A stretch of 64,000 nucleotides of DNA from an uncultured Acidimicrobiia bacterium (GTDB lineage Bacteria; Acidobacteriota; Terriglobia; Versatilivoradales; Versatilivoraceae). Where the stretch lies: positions 576,001-640,000 of the forward strand of contig CAWBAT010000005.1 of the NCBI GenBank assembly GCA_963786955.1, given 5' to 3'. A model generated the notes under the pieces. That model ran no database searches. It was not told the origin of the DNA and saw only the letters and a list, made by a program, of their open reading frames with translations. A program made the translations under genes and the position numbers. Shown piece after piece: positions 9,349-19,489 of the stretch (its first letter is position 1; each line of letters starts with the position of its first letter).

Positions 9349-10852
9349 TTGGCGGCGTCTCCATTGGCAAGCAACGACAAACAGACAAGAACAAAAACGA
9401 CCGATAACCTGCTCATTCTTCTTACGGGTGCGACAGGCTACATTGGCGGGCGTTTGCTCCAGTTGCTGGAACATCGCGGCTATCGAGTACGTTGCCTGGC
9501 CCGACGTCCTGAATTTCTCAGGCCAAAGGTCTCGCCATCGACAGAAGTTGTGCCCGGAGACGTGCTGGATCGCCGCAGCCTTGAATCAGCCTTTCAGGGA
9601 ATCGGTGCGGCCTACTACCTGGTTCACTCGATGGGTTCGGCGGGATCCTTTGAGGAGAATGATCGACAAGCAGCCCGCAACTTCGGCGAGGCTGCGAAAG
9701 TCAGCAGGGGTGAAGCGCATCATCTACCTGGGCGGTTTGGGGAACGAACACGAAACGCTCTCGCCACACTTGCGCAGCCGCCAGGAAGTCGGACAGATCC
9801 TGCGCGAGTCGGGCATACCTGTGGTCGAGTTTCGCGCCTCTATTGTCATCGGGTCTGGGAGCCTGTCCTTTGAAATGATCCGCTCGTTAGTGGAACGGCT
9901 GCCGATCATGATCACCCCGAAATGGGTATCCATGCGAGCGCAGCCGATTGCGGTGGACGATGTGATCGCGTACCTGATCGCGGCGATTAATTTGCCGCTT
10001 TCCGAACACCATATTTATGAGGTCGGCGGAGCAGACCAAGTATCTTACGCCGATATCATGCGCGCCTATGCGCGGCAGCGCGGGATGCGCATCCGGATGA
10101 TCCCAGTGCCCGCGCTGACCCCCTTTCTGTCCAGCTTGTGGCTGGGACTGGTCACGCCTTTGTATGCTCGCGTCGGGCGCAAGCTCATTGAGAGCATCGT
10201 GCATTCAACGGTAGTTCGCGATGATACGGCACTGAAGACGTTCGACATCCGCCCAATAGGAATCGAGGAAGCACTCTCTCACGCACTGGCCAGGGAAGAG
10301 AAGCAGTTTGCCGCTACAAGGTGGTCTGATGCGCTGTCCACCTCGCCCCTAGTCTCTTCGTGGGGTGGCGTGCGATTCGGAATGCGGCTCGTTGACTCGC
10401 GGGCGACTCGTCTAGCCATTCCGCCTGAAGTTGCCTTCAAGCCCATTCAGCGGATTGGGGGCGACACAGGCTGGTACGCCTGGAACTGGCTGTGGCGGTT
10501 CCGAGGCTTTGTCGACCTGCTGGCGGGGGGCGTAGGCGTGAGGCGTGGGCGCCCGATGCCGGAAACTTTGCGCGTTGGCGATGCCGTCGACTTCTGGCGC
10601 GTGGAGGTGTTCGAGCCCCACCGGCGTCTGCGTCTTGCCGCCGAGATGAAATTACCCGGGCGGGCGTGGTTGGAATTTGAGGTTAGCGGAGACGAGTCTT
10701 CGGCAACGATTCGCCAGACAGCAATTTTTGACCCGGTGGGGTTTTTCGGGCAGGTTTACTGGTACGCGCTTTATCCCGTACATCAGCTCGTGTTTGGTGG
10801 CATGCTGAAGGGTATCGTAGCCGCAGCTCTTCGTGACGAAGCGAAGGGCTAA
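9349..10852 (+). CDS. YbjT-like NAD-dependent epimerase with C-terminal DUF2867; frameshift near 9700
   Basis: TGATGYIG, YYLVHSM in frame 1; KRIIYLGGLG to GDAVDFWRV/AEMKLPGRAWLEF in frame 2. Confidence 0.85.
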
Positions 10853-11167
10853 AGAATGACCCCAACACATCTCACCCGTAGGCTGACACTCCGCCACTTT
10901 ATCCCGATCTTGCAGGATCGGGCCACTGCCTCTTCACCCGATTTACGGACCTGACAATTGGGCTCCAATTGAATGTTTGTATTTCATTTGGCCGCAGGCT
11001 AGAATCACGCGAAGCTAGCTCAAATCGTGGCTTCACGCGCACTTGATCCAGTTTCATGTCCGCTCCAGTGGTTGATGACTAAGACGTTGACCCGACCTGG
11101 ACACTCACAGAGGGATCACACGTGCCGGCGGCTTGTTGTGCTGGCATGAACCGCCCTGAGGAGGCAC

Positions 11168-11611
11168 TTGTTCGCAGATCTTGAAGATCTCGCTGGACGA
11201 TTTTTGGCGGGCACAATCCCGTTCGGAGAATGGACCCATCAGGCACATCTGGCCGTCGGAACGTGGCATGTGAGCCGATATGGAGCCAAAGAGGCGCTTG
11301 CACGTCTTCGGATCGGAATCCAGTGTCTGAATGAGAAACATGGAACGCCCAATTCGTTGACGCGGGGTTATCATGAAACGATTACCTGCGCCTATGTCCA
11401 GCTTCTTGCAGAGTTTCTTGCGAGTTGTCCTCCAGGGATGCCGCTCCAAGAGCAAGTGGTGTGCCTCTTAGAGGGCCCGGTGGCTGACAAGAATCTGCTT
11501 TTCAAATTCTATTCCCGTGAGACCCTAATGTCTGCACGAGCGAGGTCTGAATGGGTCGAGCCGGACATTGCACCGCTGAGATTAGATGGTATTCTTGGAA
11601 AGCAAAGTTAA
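11168..11611 (+). CDS. conserved hypothetical protein
   Basis: WTHQAHL, GYHETIT, YSRETLMS..AR..WVEPD family motifs. Confidence 0.7.
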   Translation: MFADLEDLAGRFLAGTIPFGEWTHQAHLAVGTWHVSRYGAKEALARLRIGIQCLNEKHGTPNSLTRGYHETITCAYVQLLAEFLASCPPGMPLQEQVVCLLEGPVADKNLLFKFYSRETLMSARARSEWVEPDIAPLRLDGILGKQS

Positions 11612-11716
11612 GACCGAATCCCGAAGTTGCTTGCCCGAACCTGAATAGAGACCTTACCAAGCAGCTCTACCTTCGGCGTTGTGAATCAAAACAATCCAGT
11701 ACAGGAGGTACTTTAG

Positions 11717-12301
11717 ATGAGTAAGGGAAGGCTGGAAGCGTTCAGTGATGGCGTGATTGCCATCATCATTACCATCATGGTGCTCGAATTAAAGGTGCCC
11801 CATGAAGCCACATTGGCGGCACTGATCCCAGTGTTCCCGGTATTTTTAAGCTATATTCTCAGTTTTGTCATTCTCGGCATCTACTGGAATAACCATCATC
11901 ACTTACTCCAGGCTATCAAGCAGGTAGACGGACGTGTGCTTTGGGCCAATTTACATCTGCTGTTCTGGTTGTCCCTCATCCCCTTTGTCACGGGGTGGGT
12001 AGGGCAGAATCATTTTGCCGCCTGGCCGGTGGCACTTTACGGCGTGGTGCAATCCTTTGCCGCCGTCGCTTATTTTATTCTCACCCAAGTCCTCATCTTT
12101 CTGCACGGCAGAGATTCCGCTCTGGCGACTGCAATAGGCCGGGACTTCAAAGGCAAGGCCTCAACGGTGGTCTTTTTTGTGGCGGTTCCTATTGCCTTTC
12201 TGAATTCGTGGTTCGCCTTCATCTTGTACGTTATGGTTGCCGTCATGTGGCTCGTCCCCGATCGTCGGATTGAAAAAACACTAGCCGAACGGGGCACGTG
12301 A
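11717..12301 (+). CDS. TMEM175/DUF1211 potassium channel family protein
   Basis: AGGAGG RBS; RLEAFSDGVIAIIITIMVLE and YWNNHHH motifs. Confidence 0.92.
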   Translation: MSKGRLEAFSDGVIAIIITIMVLELKVPHEATLAALIPVFPVFLSYILSFVILGIYWNNHHHLLQAIKQVDGRVLWANLHLLFWLSLIPFVTGWVGQNHFAAWPVALYGVVQSFAAVAYFILTQVLIFLHGRDSALATAIGRDFKGKASTVVFFVAVPIAFLNSWFAFILYVMVAVMWLVPDRRIEKTLAERGT

Positions 12302-12337
12302 TCTCAACGAGAAGCGGCCTTCGAACAATCCTGAAGC

Positions 12338-12611
12338 CGGCACAGATTTCTCACCAAGAGCGTCGCATTCCCCCTCACCCCCTGAAGCAGTCTCAATGCT
12401 TCAGCCTCTCCCGCGTTGGTGCGAGGGGAGCCGATAATTCATGATTGGGTTCCTCTTTCTAAGGGAGAGAGAAGGTGGAAAGAAATTGTCGAGCTATTTG
12501 TAGGGAACGCTCTCCGCAGCGTTCCCTACGTTGCCAAAGAGCTCTGAATTCAAATCGTTTCACTACTCTACTGTTTCTGTTTTCCCCCGGTGGATGAGAA
12601 ATCCGCGCTAG
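12338..12611 (-). mobile_element. MITE copy B (inverted relative to copy A)
   Basis: reverse complement aligns by eye with 8241-8492 over almost the whole length; extra CTGAAGCA..TGCTTCAG hairpin. Confidence 0.8.
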
Positions 12612-12623
12612 TGTCCATGGGCG

Positions 12624-13178
12624 TCAGTGAATATGCCTGATCTCCGGCGCAGTTCTCCAGTTTCTCTTTTCAATGAGACGAACATTGGGGACATCTTTCA
12701 ACCAAAGCAGGTAGGTTTGCAGTTTGCGTAGCTCTTGGTCTAATGCATCTCCCATAAATGGCGTCACATAAATGGTGTTTCCGTAATGACGCTCGAGCTT
12801 CTCAGGACTGTCATCGATAACCACGATGCTCTCCAGAGAAAAGCCAAGCCGTCTGACTTTTTTGAGATCTTTAATCCAATGGTCTTCCCCTGAATCAGTA
12901 TCGAATCTCCGTGTGCAACGATTTCGTGTCCATACAAATTGAAGCTTTTCCGGATTTTCAAATATTGTCCTGACGACATCGTTTGCATAGCCAGAACCCG
13001 ATGAGGTCCAGACGGCAACCTTGAAGTACGCAAACGCAAATTCGATGAAGCTCTTGAGATCGGGCCGCTGGTAAACGAAATAAGACCCAACTCGAAAGTC
13101 TTCTGTGCGGGACAACTTCTGTTCGGTGGCAAAAACCAGTGTTTCATCGAGGTCGAGAATGAGCAGTTTGGTCACCAT
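12624..13178 (-). CDS. NIF/FCP1-like HAD phosphatase
   Basis: LDLDETL, VWTSS, KDL, IDDSP motifs. Confidence 0.88.
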   Translation of the reverse strand: MVTKLLILDLDETLVFATEQKLSRTEDFRVGSYFVYQRPDLKSFIEFAFAYFKVAVWTSSGSGYANDVVRTIFENPEKLQFVWTRNRCTRRFDTDSGEDHWIKDLKKVRRLGFSLESIVVIDDSPEKLERHYGNTIYVTPFMGDALDQELRKLQTYLLWLKDVPNVRLIEKRNWRTAPEIRHIH

Positions 13179-13326
13179 GGCTTTATTAGCGACATTTTCT
13201 TGAAAGGTTTGTCGATCGGAAACTCAGCCGACCCACCCTGACACCCCTCCAGTGGAGGAGAATTGAGGCAAATCTCGATTGGGGAAGGCGCATCTTAAGA
13301 ATTTGCTCTTTAAGGCATCCGAGTCC

Positions 13327-14253
13327 TTACCTCCGGAGCCGGACATAGGCACGTTTGGCAAGGTAAAGAAAGTGCCCGACCACGCCTCGATCTTGCGCTT
13401 GCAGAAGCTTGGCTATCTCAGCGTATTGCTCGCGAATATGGTCATCGCGTACGGCAAACAGGTGCTTCATTTCAAGAACATCTTCGTGGCAGAGGACATA
13501 GCCTTCAGTGAATCGGTCATCCAGTTGACGATTCACATAAACTGTGGAGTGCCTGCCCGCGGTCTGTTCCGGGGGGCGTTCAGTCGTATAAAAATAAAGC
13601 GCAATGGATTTGCGCGACAAGGCCTTTTTGCCGGCAGGCAGGCGAATCTCAGAAAACCCATGCCAGCTTTGTTCACTTGTTTCGAAGAGGACGCCGCGAT
13701 TGAATAGAGGCAGAATCGCTTTAATCGGACGCGCTTCCCTCCGCGGATCGGAAAACAATTCGAGCGATCCGCCCCAAGCCGAGTCCCATTCCGGATTGAG
13801 ATAAACGATTAGATTGAGGCGCCGGTGCCAGCGTTCGCTGGGGTGGTAGTTGAAATCAATGTGGGCATCTAGGCCTTGCCCTTCGCGGTTTTCATGCGTA
13901 CCGCCTCCGAGGTAGAACGGGTCGTAGATCAAATCGGGAATTCCCGTAAGCTTACTGATAATCTCCAGAAACTTACGTGTCTGAATGGTTGCGTCCAGGC
14001 GGGAGTAAGTGCTCCCCAATTTGCGAATTCGGTCGAAGGTTGATTTGCTACCCACTTTCCCGTCATCACCGACAGCGCTGCCTCGCTCGAAGGCCGGGAA
14101 TTCTTCATACAGAGTTGTTGCGAATTCAGGAGAAAAAAAGCCATCGATAACAACATGGGGAAATGGCACCCCGGTAATGAATTGCTGGCGGTATGTCTCC
14201 GCTTTGTCGATTAGGTGCGCAGCAAGTATGGAAGGCTCTTCAAAATCAGTCAC
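13327..14253 (-). CDS. 2OG-Fe(II) oxygenase (prolyl-hydroxylase-like)
   Basis: PFPHVVID, GGGTH, HIDFN, RRLNLIVYLN, SWHG, RKS. Confidence 0.88.
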   Translation of the reverse strand: MTDFEEPSILAAHLIDKAETYRQQFITGVPFPHVVIDGFFSPEFATTLYEEFPAFERGSAVGDDGKVGSKSTFDRIRKLGSTYSRLDATIQTRKFLEIISKLTGIPDLIYDPFYLGGGTHENREGQGLDAHIDFNYHPSERWHRRLNLIVYLNPEWDSAWGGSLELFSDPRREARPIKAILPLFNRGVLFETSEQSWHGFSEIRLPAGKKALSRKSIALYFYTTERPPEQTAGRHSTVYVNRQLDDRFTEGYVLCHEDVLEMKHLFAVRDDHIREQYAEIAKLLQAQDRGVVGHFLYLAKRAYVRLRR

Positions 14254-14310
14254 ATTGTCCTCTGAAATGGATCCACGATTTCAACGCCAATCGCAAGTCA
14301 GCCAGGGACT

Positions 14311-14733
14311 TTACCATGGATCGTAGGTGCCGAAGTTCCACAGATGGCCTTCTAGGTCACGGCATGAAAAGCCGCGCCCACCATAATCTTCATCCTTGAT
14401 GTCGAGTACGATTTTAGTGTCGGCGGCTTTGGCGCGTGAATAGACCACGTCTGCATCGGCAACAATCACATAGGGAGTCTGGGTTTCAGCGCCACCAATC
14501 TCGTCAGGTTGTTTCATCAGCCTCCCAAATTCCGAATCCACAATCGAGCCGAGCATGATCATCCCGTTCCCAAAGCTGAGCTGAGCATGGGCGATGGTTC
14601 CATCCGGGTTAGGCACGACCAGTTGCTTCTCGAAACCAAACGCTTCGCAAAGCCACTCAATCGCGGCGGGTGCATTACGATAACGGAGACAAGGGATGAC
14701 GGTGGCCTTTGTATTCTTTGCGAAAGTAGGCAT
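14311..14733 (-). CDS. VOC/glyoxalase family protein
   Basis: IPCLRY, HAQL, YGGRGFSCRDLEGHLW. Confidence 0.9.
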   Translation of the reverse strand: MPTFAKNTKATVIPCLRYRNAPAAIEWLCEAFGFEKQLVVPNPDGTIAHAQLSFGNGMIMLGSIVDSEFGRLMKQPDEIGGAETQTPYVIVADADVVYSRAKAADTKIVLDIKDEDYGGRGFSCRDLEGHLWNFGTYDPW

Positions 14734-14745
14734 GGATTTCTCCTC

Positions 14746-15003
14746 TCAACATCTGTTCATGATGTTTAATGATTGCCAGTCGAATGACGCCGGACCATTG
14801 ACCCGCCAAATACCAAGGCCCAATGTAATGACGCCCAGCCAAAAGCTGAAAAAGAAGAGTAGACCCGGATCAATCGGATTGGGATTAGGGTCCGGCCAGA
14901 CCCCGACGTCCGCCAGAAAGATGATACCGAGCAGCGGGGCGCTTCCAACCATGAGTACGCCGAGTCCAATGCGAACTAATCGATCAGAAAAATACCCACG
15001 CAT
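14746..15003 (-). CDS. small two-TM membrane protein
   Basis: two hydrophobic helices around DPNPNP. Confidence 0.55.
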   Translation of the reverse strand: MRGYFSDRLVRIGLGVLMVGSAPLLGIIFLADVGVWPDPNPNPIDPGLLFFFSFWLGVITLGLGIWRVNGPASFDWQSLNIMNRC

Positions 15004-15319
15004 ATTTGTCTATGACTCGATCGAAAAGTGACGGTAGAAGCATATCACATCGGATTCAAAGAAAGGTCAGCGGCGCGCCGGAGTATCGAGTACAAACGCA
15101 AAATGTGATTTCATCAATCCGGCGCGACCTCCCTCAAGTCCCCCCTTGTTCAAGGGAGGACAGTCGCGAGGGACAGTGCCGCGTCTTCAACCGACCTAAG
15201 GGCCGAGTTCTAGGAGGCCGGATGACGCGTAGGGCTATCGCGGCGGCGCGGAACTCCGCCATCCTTCAACTGATTCCTCCTTTGAAGGGGGTGCAGGGGG
15301 ATGTTTCGATTCATCTCGA

Positions 15320-17167
15320 TCAGCGCGCCAGTTCGGGATGCTTCAGATGAAAGCCAGTGGCATCTTGATAGGCTTTGGCTAAGGAGAGGAGCTTGGCTTC
15401 ACCAAAAAGATCCCCCAGAAATGTCAGGCTCACCGGTGTCTCGGGTCCTCCAAAGCGGTCATCGTCGGCATGATCCAGTGGCGGCAGGATCGGTGCGTCC
15501 CCCCCGCGAAAGCCATTCGGCAAAATAACGGCCGGATGGCCGGTGAGATTCGTTACGACCAGCTGATCGCTCGAAGTTGGAGCCACGATCACATCCACCT
15601 TTTTAAAAATCTCCGCCATAGCTTCCATGGCGAGCAGACGGGCACGGTTGGCATTAATGTAGTCGACCGCAGGATAAAAACGAGCAACCCGAAATAAGTT
15701 TGGCCAATCTTCCGGACCCTGTTCAGCAAGCAACCGGTCGCGCCCAGAGCGCGTCAGTTCGTCAAATGCAGCCGCGGCTTCAGCGAACAGAATCGGGATC
15801 ATCTCGTTGTAGGGCAGCTTAGGAATTTTCACTTCAATCAGGCGGACACCCATGGAATTCAGTTTGGCCAAAGCCGCTTGATCAAAGCGACGATCGTATT
15901 TCCGACGGATCATCGCCTCTGCATGGCGTTTCTTCCGCTCTTCCGCTTTCTTCAGCTCTTCTTGGCTGGGACTGGCTGGCAAAGCGGTTTCTTCGGGAAG
16001 AGGAGTTTCTTCCAAATCGAAGTCGGTCTTCAGATAACCGACGCGCAGCTTGCGCCAATCATACTCAGCGTCCCAATTGAAAGCCACGCGGTGCACGGTA
16101 CGATCATGATCATCCGGGCCGTAGATCGTATTGAGCACGAGGGCACAATCTTCGACGGAGCGACAGATGGGCCCCAGCTTGTCCATGGTCCAGGAAAGTG
16201 CCATCGCACCGGTACGCGGAACCATCCCAAAAGTCGGACGCAATCCTGTGGTCCCACAGCGGGTGGAGGGTGAAGAGATGGAACCAAGCGTTTCTGATCC
16301 AATTGCAAATCCCAAGCATCCGGCAGCGGTCGCCGAAGCCGGACCGGCTGAAGAACCACTGGAGCCTTGGACAGGATTCCAGGGATTGCGCGTTCTTCCT
16401 CCAAACCACTTGTCGCCCTTGGCCAGCGCACCGAGAGTGAGCTTGGCAACGAGGATCGCTCCGGCTTCATCCAGCCGTTTCACGACGGTGGCATTCTCAT
16501 CGAGAACTTGCCCCTGAAAACCTCCCGCACCCCATGTCGTTGGATAACCTTTGACAGCGAGAAGATCTTTCGCTCCCCACGGAATTCCATGCAACGGGCC
16601 GCGATAGTGGCCACCGGCAATCTCCCGATCGACCTCTTTAGCCTGTGCCAGGGCCCTTTCTTCAGTGAGTGTAATTACAAATTTCAGCTGGGGATCATAA
16701 CGCCGCAATCGTGCCAGGTACATTTGCGTGAGCGCCGTCGCGGTCACTTTTCTTGTCCGGAGTAATTCCGCCAGTTCATGAACGGTGGCAAAAGCCAATT
16801 TCTCCAGATCCTTTGGGACGATCGAATCCATTGGGGCCGACACTGCCGACATCTTCATCGGGCGAACTTCCGACTCGAACTTCATCCCGGGAAGCACCGG
16901 ATCAAAAATAAAGGCCGACGCCAGGCTGTTAGGGATATTCAGTGCACGGATCGCTTCAATATTTTTGAGATTATGATTCAGGCCCTCAAGCATCACAGGT
17001 TTGAGTTCATCACGGATCGTGACTCCTGCAATGAGGGCAGCCTGATTGATCATTTCCACGGTGATCTGGGTCTTTTGATCTGCAAGCGCCCAGAGCACTC
17101 CGGGGAAAAGGGTCGAAGAAAGACCGAGGTGAGAACACAATGCGAGGAAGCGACGCCGGTCAAGCAT
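15320..17167 (-). CDS. amidase signature family enzyme with Tat signal
   Basis: MLDRRRFL start; GPLHGIPWGAKD, GSSGSSAG, GSETLGSI. Confidence 0.9.
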   Translation of the reverse strand: MLDRRRFLALCSHLGLSSTLFPGVLWALADQKTQITVEMINQAALIAGVTIRDELKPVMLEGLNHNLKNIEAIRALNIPNSLASAFIFDPVLPGMKFESEVRPMKMSAVSAPMDSIVPKDLEKLAFATVHELAELLRTRKVTATALTQMYLARLRRYDPQLKFVITLTEERALAQAKEVDREIAGGHYRGPLHGIPWGAKDLLAVKGYPTTWGAGGFQGQVLDENATVVKRLDEAGAILVAKLTLGALAKGDKWFGGRTRNPWNPVQGSSGSSAGPASATAAGCLGFAIGSETLGSISSPSTRCGTTGLRPTFGMVPRTGAMALSWTMDKLGPICRSVEDCALVLNTIYGPDDHDRTVHRVAFNWDAEYDWRKLRVGYLKTDFDLEETPLPEETALPASPSQEELKKAEERKKRHAEAMIRRKYDRRFDQAALAKLNSMGVRLIEVKIPKLPYNEMIPILFAEAAAAFDELTRSGRDRLLAEQGPEDWPNLFRVARFYPAVDYINANRARLLAMEAMAEIFKKVDVIVAPTSSDQLVVTNLTGHPAVILPNGFRGGDAPILPPLDHADDDRFGGPETPVSLTFLGDLFGEAKLLSLAKAYQDATGFHLKHPELAR

Positions 17168-17379
17168 CCGTAATGAGTAACTCAAACGGAATTTAATGTC
17201 CAGCTGTCGCTTGGAAGTGGGTTGCCCTCGATGCAACCTGTCTGGCTTGTATCCAGTGCAAAAATGAACGATTACCGGATGTAGCGACTCTTGTAGGTAG
17301 GGAGGTTTCGTCGAAACCCCGATTGACGGCACTCTCGGCAGCACGCCCTACCTTGAACGGCAAGATTCCCGAGCAATGC

Positions 17380-17931
17380 TCATTTAGACGGGGTTTTCCC
17401 CGTATTGAGGATCATTGGCGGTATTCCAAAATGTCCACCCATTTTTGCGAGATCAACCGGTCCTACGATGTTAACAACGGTCAATTCTTTGGGTTCAGCC
17501 GAAAGAATAGCCAAGCCGACAATCTTGTCACCACTGAGCATGGAATAAATCTCTGTGGACTCTTTTTCCTGCTTGCTATGTACACTCACGATCCTTGTCC
17601 AGCCTGGGGACTGCAACTGCTTGCGGATCAAGTCGAGATCAGCCTGAGAATAAACCCCTTCCTTCTCAAATTCGAAACTCCTGACATAAATTCCCTTCAG
17701 ACCTGAGACGAGTTCCTTAATCTCTGCATCAGTCTCACCTTTCGAAAGAAACTTGCTGGCTGTCTGCAACATGGGTCCTTCAAGGTCGACGTCAGAAACC
17801 TCGGATGCCTTTGCAGCCAGCTTATCCAGATGGTCGATTTTAAGCTTTGCCTCTTGGCCATAAGCCAAGGGGACCACGATCACAAGGAGTGACCCTAAAC
17901 AGAGAAGGCAATACAATTTCAAATTCTTCAT
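17380..17931 (-). CDS. DUF4252 exported protein
   Basis: signal peptide; LKGIYVRSFEF, ELTVVNIVG. Confidence 0.82.
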   Translation of the reverse strand: MKNLKLYCLLCLGSLLVIVVPLAYGQEAKLKIDHLDKLAAKASEVSDVDLEGPMLQTASKFLSKGETDAEIKELVSGLKGIYVRSFEFEKEGVYSQADLDLIRKQLQSPGWTRIVSVHSKQEKESTEIYSMLSGDKIVGLAILSAEPKELTVVNIVGPVDLAKMGGHFGIPPMILNTGKTPSK

Positions 17932-18048
17932 GAATCCTCCTTATTAGAAATTTGGAACTGCCTCTATGCGTTCTAATGCCAATGCTGTCTGTTGGCTACT
18001 AATTGAAAGTCCATTGGAATTCACGCTTGAAGCCCTCAGCTTTAAGTC

Positions 18049-18423
18049 TCACCGTTCCACTCGATCAAGGGTTTCTTTATTTTGAATCCTCAACAGTTTC
18101 TTCTGAACAATGCTCAACTTCTCATTTGCAATCCTCAGAGCCAAAACGAGTTGTTCCTTCGCCCTCTCTCCCTCAACCTCTGCCAGTCGATGGTTTTCGA
18201 CCCTTCGATAACCGAGCCGTCCCAAGCCCACCAACAGACAGGCCAAAACACCGACGGCCGCCCAGCGCAGCCTTGGTGCTACCAAGAGCTCACGAAGAGT
18301 CTTCTTCCAACTAATGTCATGCTTTTCGCGGACAGCAATCATCTCAAGAAGCCGAGCGGTGAAGAGGGCAGATGGTTCTTTCCTCGATAAGGCTTTTCGG
18401 AGTTGGTTTTCAAATTTGTTCAT
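18049..18423 (-). CDS. single-TM anti-sigma factor
   Basis: overlaps sigma stop (ATGA); FENQLRKAL N-terminus and one TM helix. Confidence 0.7.
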   Translation of the reverse strand: MNKFENQLRKALSRKEPSALFTARLLEMIAVREKHDISWKKTLRELLVAPRLRWAAVGVLACLLVGLGRLGYRRVENHRLAEVEGERAKEQLVLALRIANEKLSIVQKKLLRIQNKETLDRVER

Positions 18424-18959
18424 ACTGCTGCTTTCTCCAACACCTGTAATTTCTCCCTCAATATAGCAATCGCTCTCTGCAATTGGCTTTTAACGGTATT
18501 CACAGGCATTTCCAAAATATCAGCGATTTCCTTGGGCTCCAGATCCTCCTGAAAACGTAAAGTGATTATGAGGCGTTGCTTTTCAGGGAGCGTCGCGATT
18601 AAACGTTGCAGTCGCTTTGACTGGAAGGGATCGTCTTCTCGATCAGAAATTTCGATCTGCGCCAGATCTTCTAAGTTCACAAGATGCCCCGACTTCCGAC
18701 GACGTATCCAATCAATGCAAAGATTTGATGTGACTTTTCGCAGCCAGAAGACAAGATGTTGAGGTGATTGGAACGGAGCTCCGTGTCGAGAAAGTTTCAG
18801 AAAGACTTCTTGGGCAAGCTCTTCTGCCTCTCCAGTGTCGTTAAGAAAATGATAAGCCAAGCTATAGACCATAGCCTGATTTTCCCGAATCAATTTCTCA
18901 AGCGCTAGGAGACCAGCAACCTTTTGATCCGCCTTTGTCTCATTGTCATCTCGATGCAT
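18420..18959 (-). CDS. ECF RNA polymerase sigma factor
   Basis: AEELAQEVF, WLRKVTSNLCIDW, EIADILEMPVNTVKSQL. Confidence 0.92.
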   Translation of the reverse strand: MHRDDNETKADQKVAGLLALEKLIRENQAMVYSLAYHFLNDTGEAEELAQEVFLKLSRHGAPFQSPQHLVFWLRKVTSNLCIDWIRRRKSGHLVNLEDLAQIEISDREDDPFQSKRLQRLIATLPEKQRLIITLRFQEDLEPKEIADILEMPVNTVKSQLQRAIAILREKLQVLEKAAV

Positions 18960-19489
18960 TCGAACTGTCTCACTCCAAGCCTTTCATTTCCTATATACGC
19001 AAAATATAGCTCTTGCGAATGCAATTTTTTTTGGAGGACCAGTAAACGCAATCTTCCGAAAGACAGAACCAGGCGGCGTTGGCTTCTGATAGGGTTGACC
19101 TGCAAAGCCGTCCGCATTCCCCGACAGCGGTCGCTCTCCTGAGGGGCTAACTACAGATTGGATCATCTGTTCAAAACTAGTACAAACCGAGGATGGAAAC
19201 ACCGGGAACGAAAAGGAAGTAAAAGACAGAGATTTTTGTGGCTGCCGGCGAAGTTTGATTATCAACTGGAAGAGAATTCTATTGTGCGACGACATCGGAA
19301 GGGTGGTCTTAAGCGATCCGAAAGAACCTGGAGTGGCGCAAGAATAGAGGGGGCGGGCCAGGGTTTAGTTTTTTTCTTGGCGCACTTGGCGTTTCGGTTT
19401 TCCGACGGCAGGTTCGCGATCAAGGTCTAGAGTTAACGGTTATGGGTCGATCCCAACCCAAGAAAAAATCAAGCCCCCCCTTGTCCTCT

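Noticed and set aside
12624-15003. Second cassette array on the minus strand
   Set aside because: The genes look cassette-like but no attC cores were found between them
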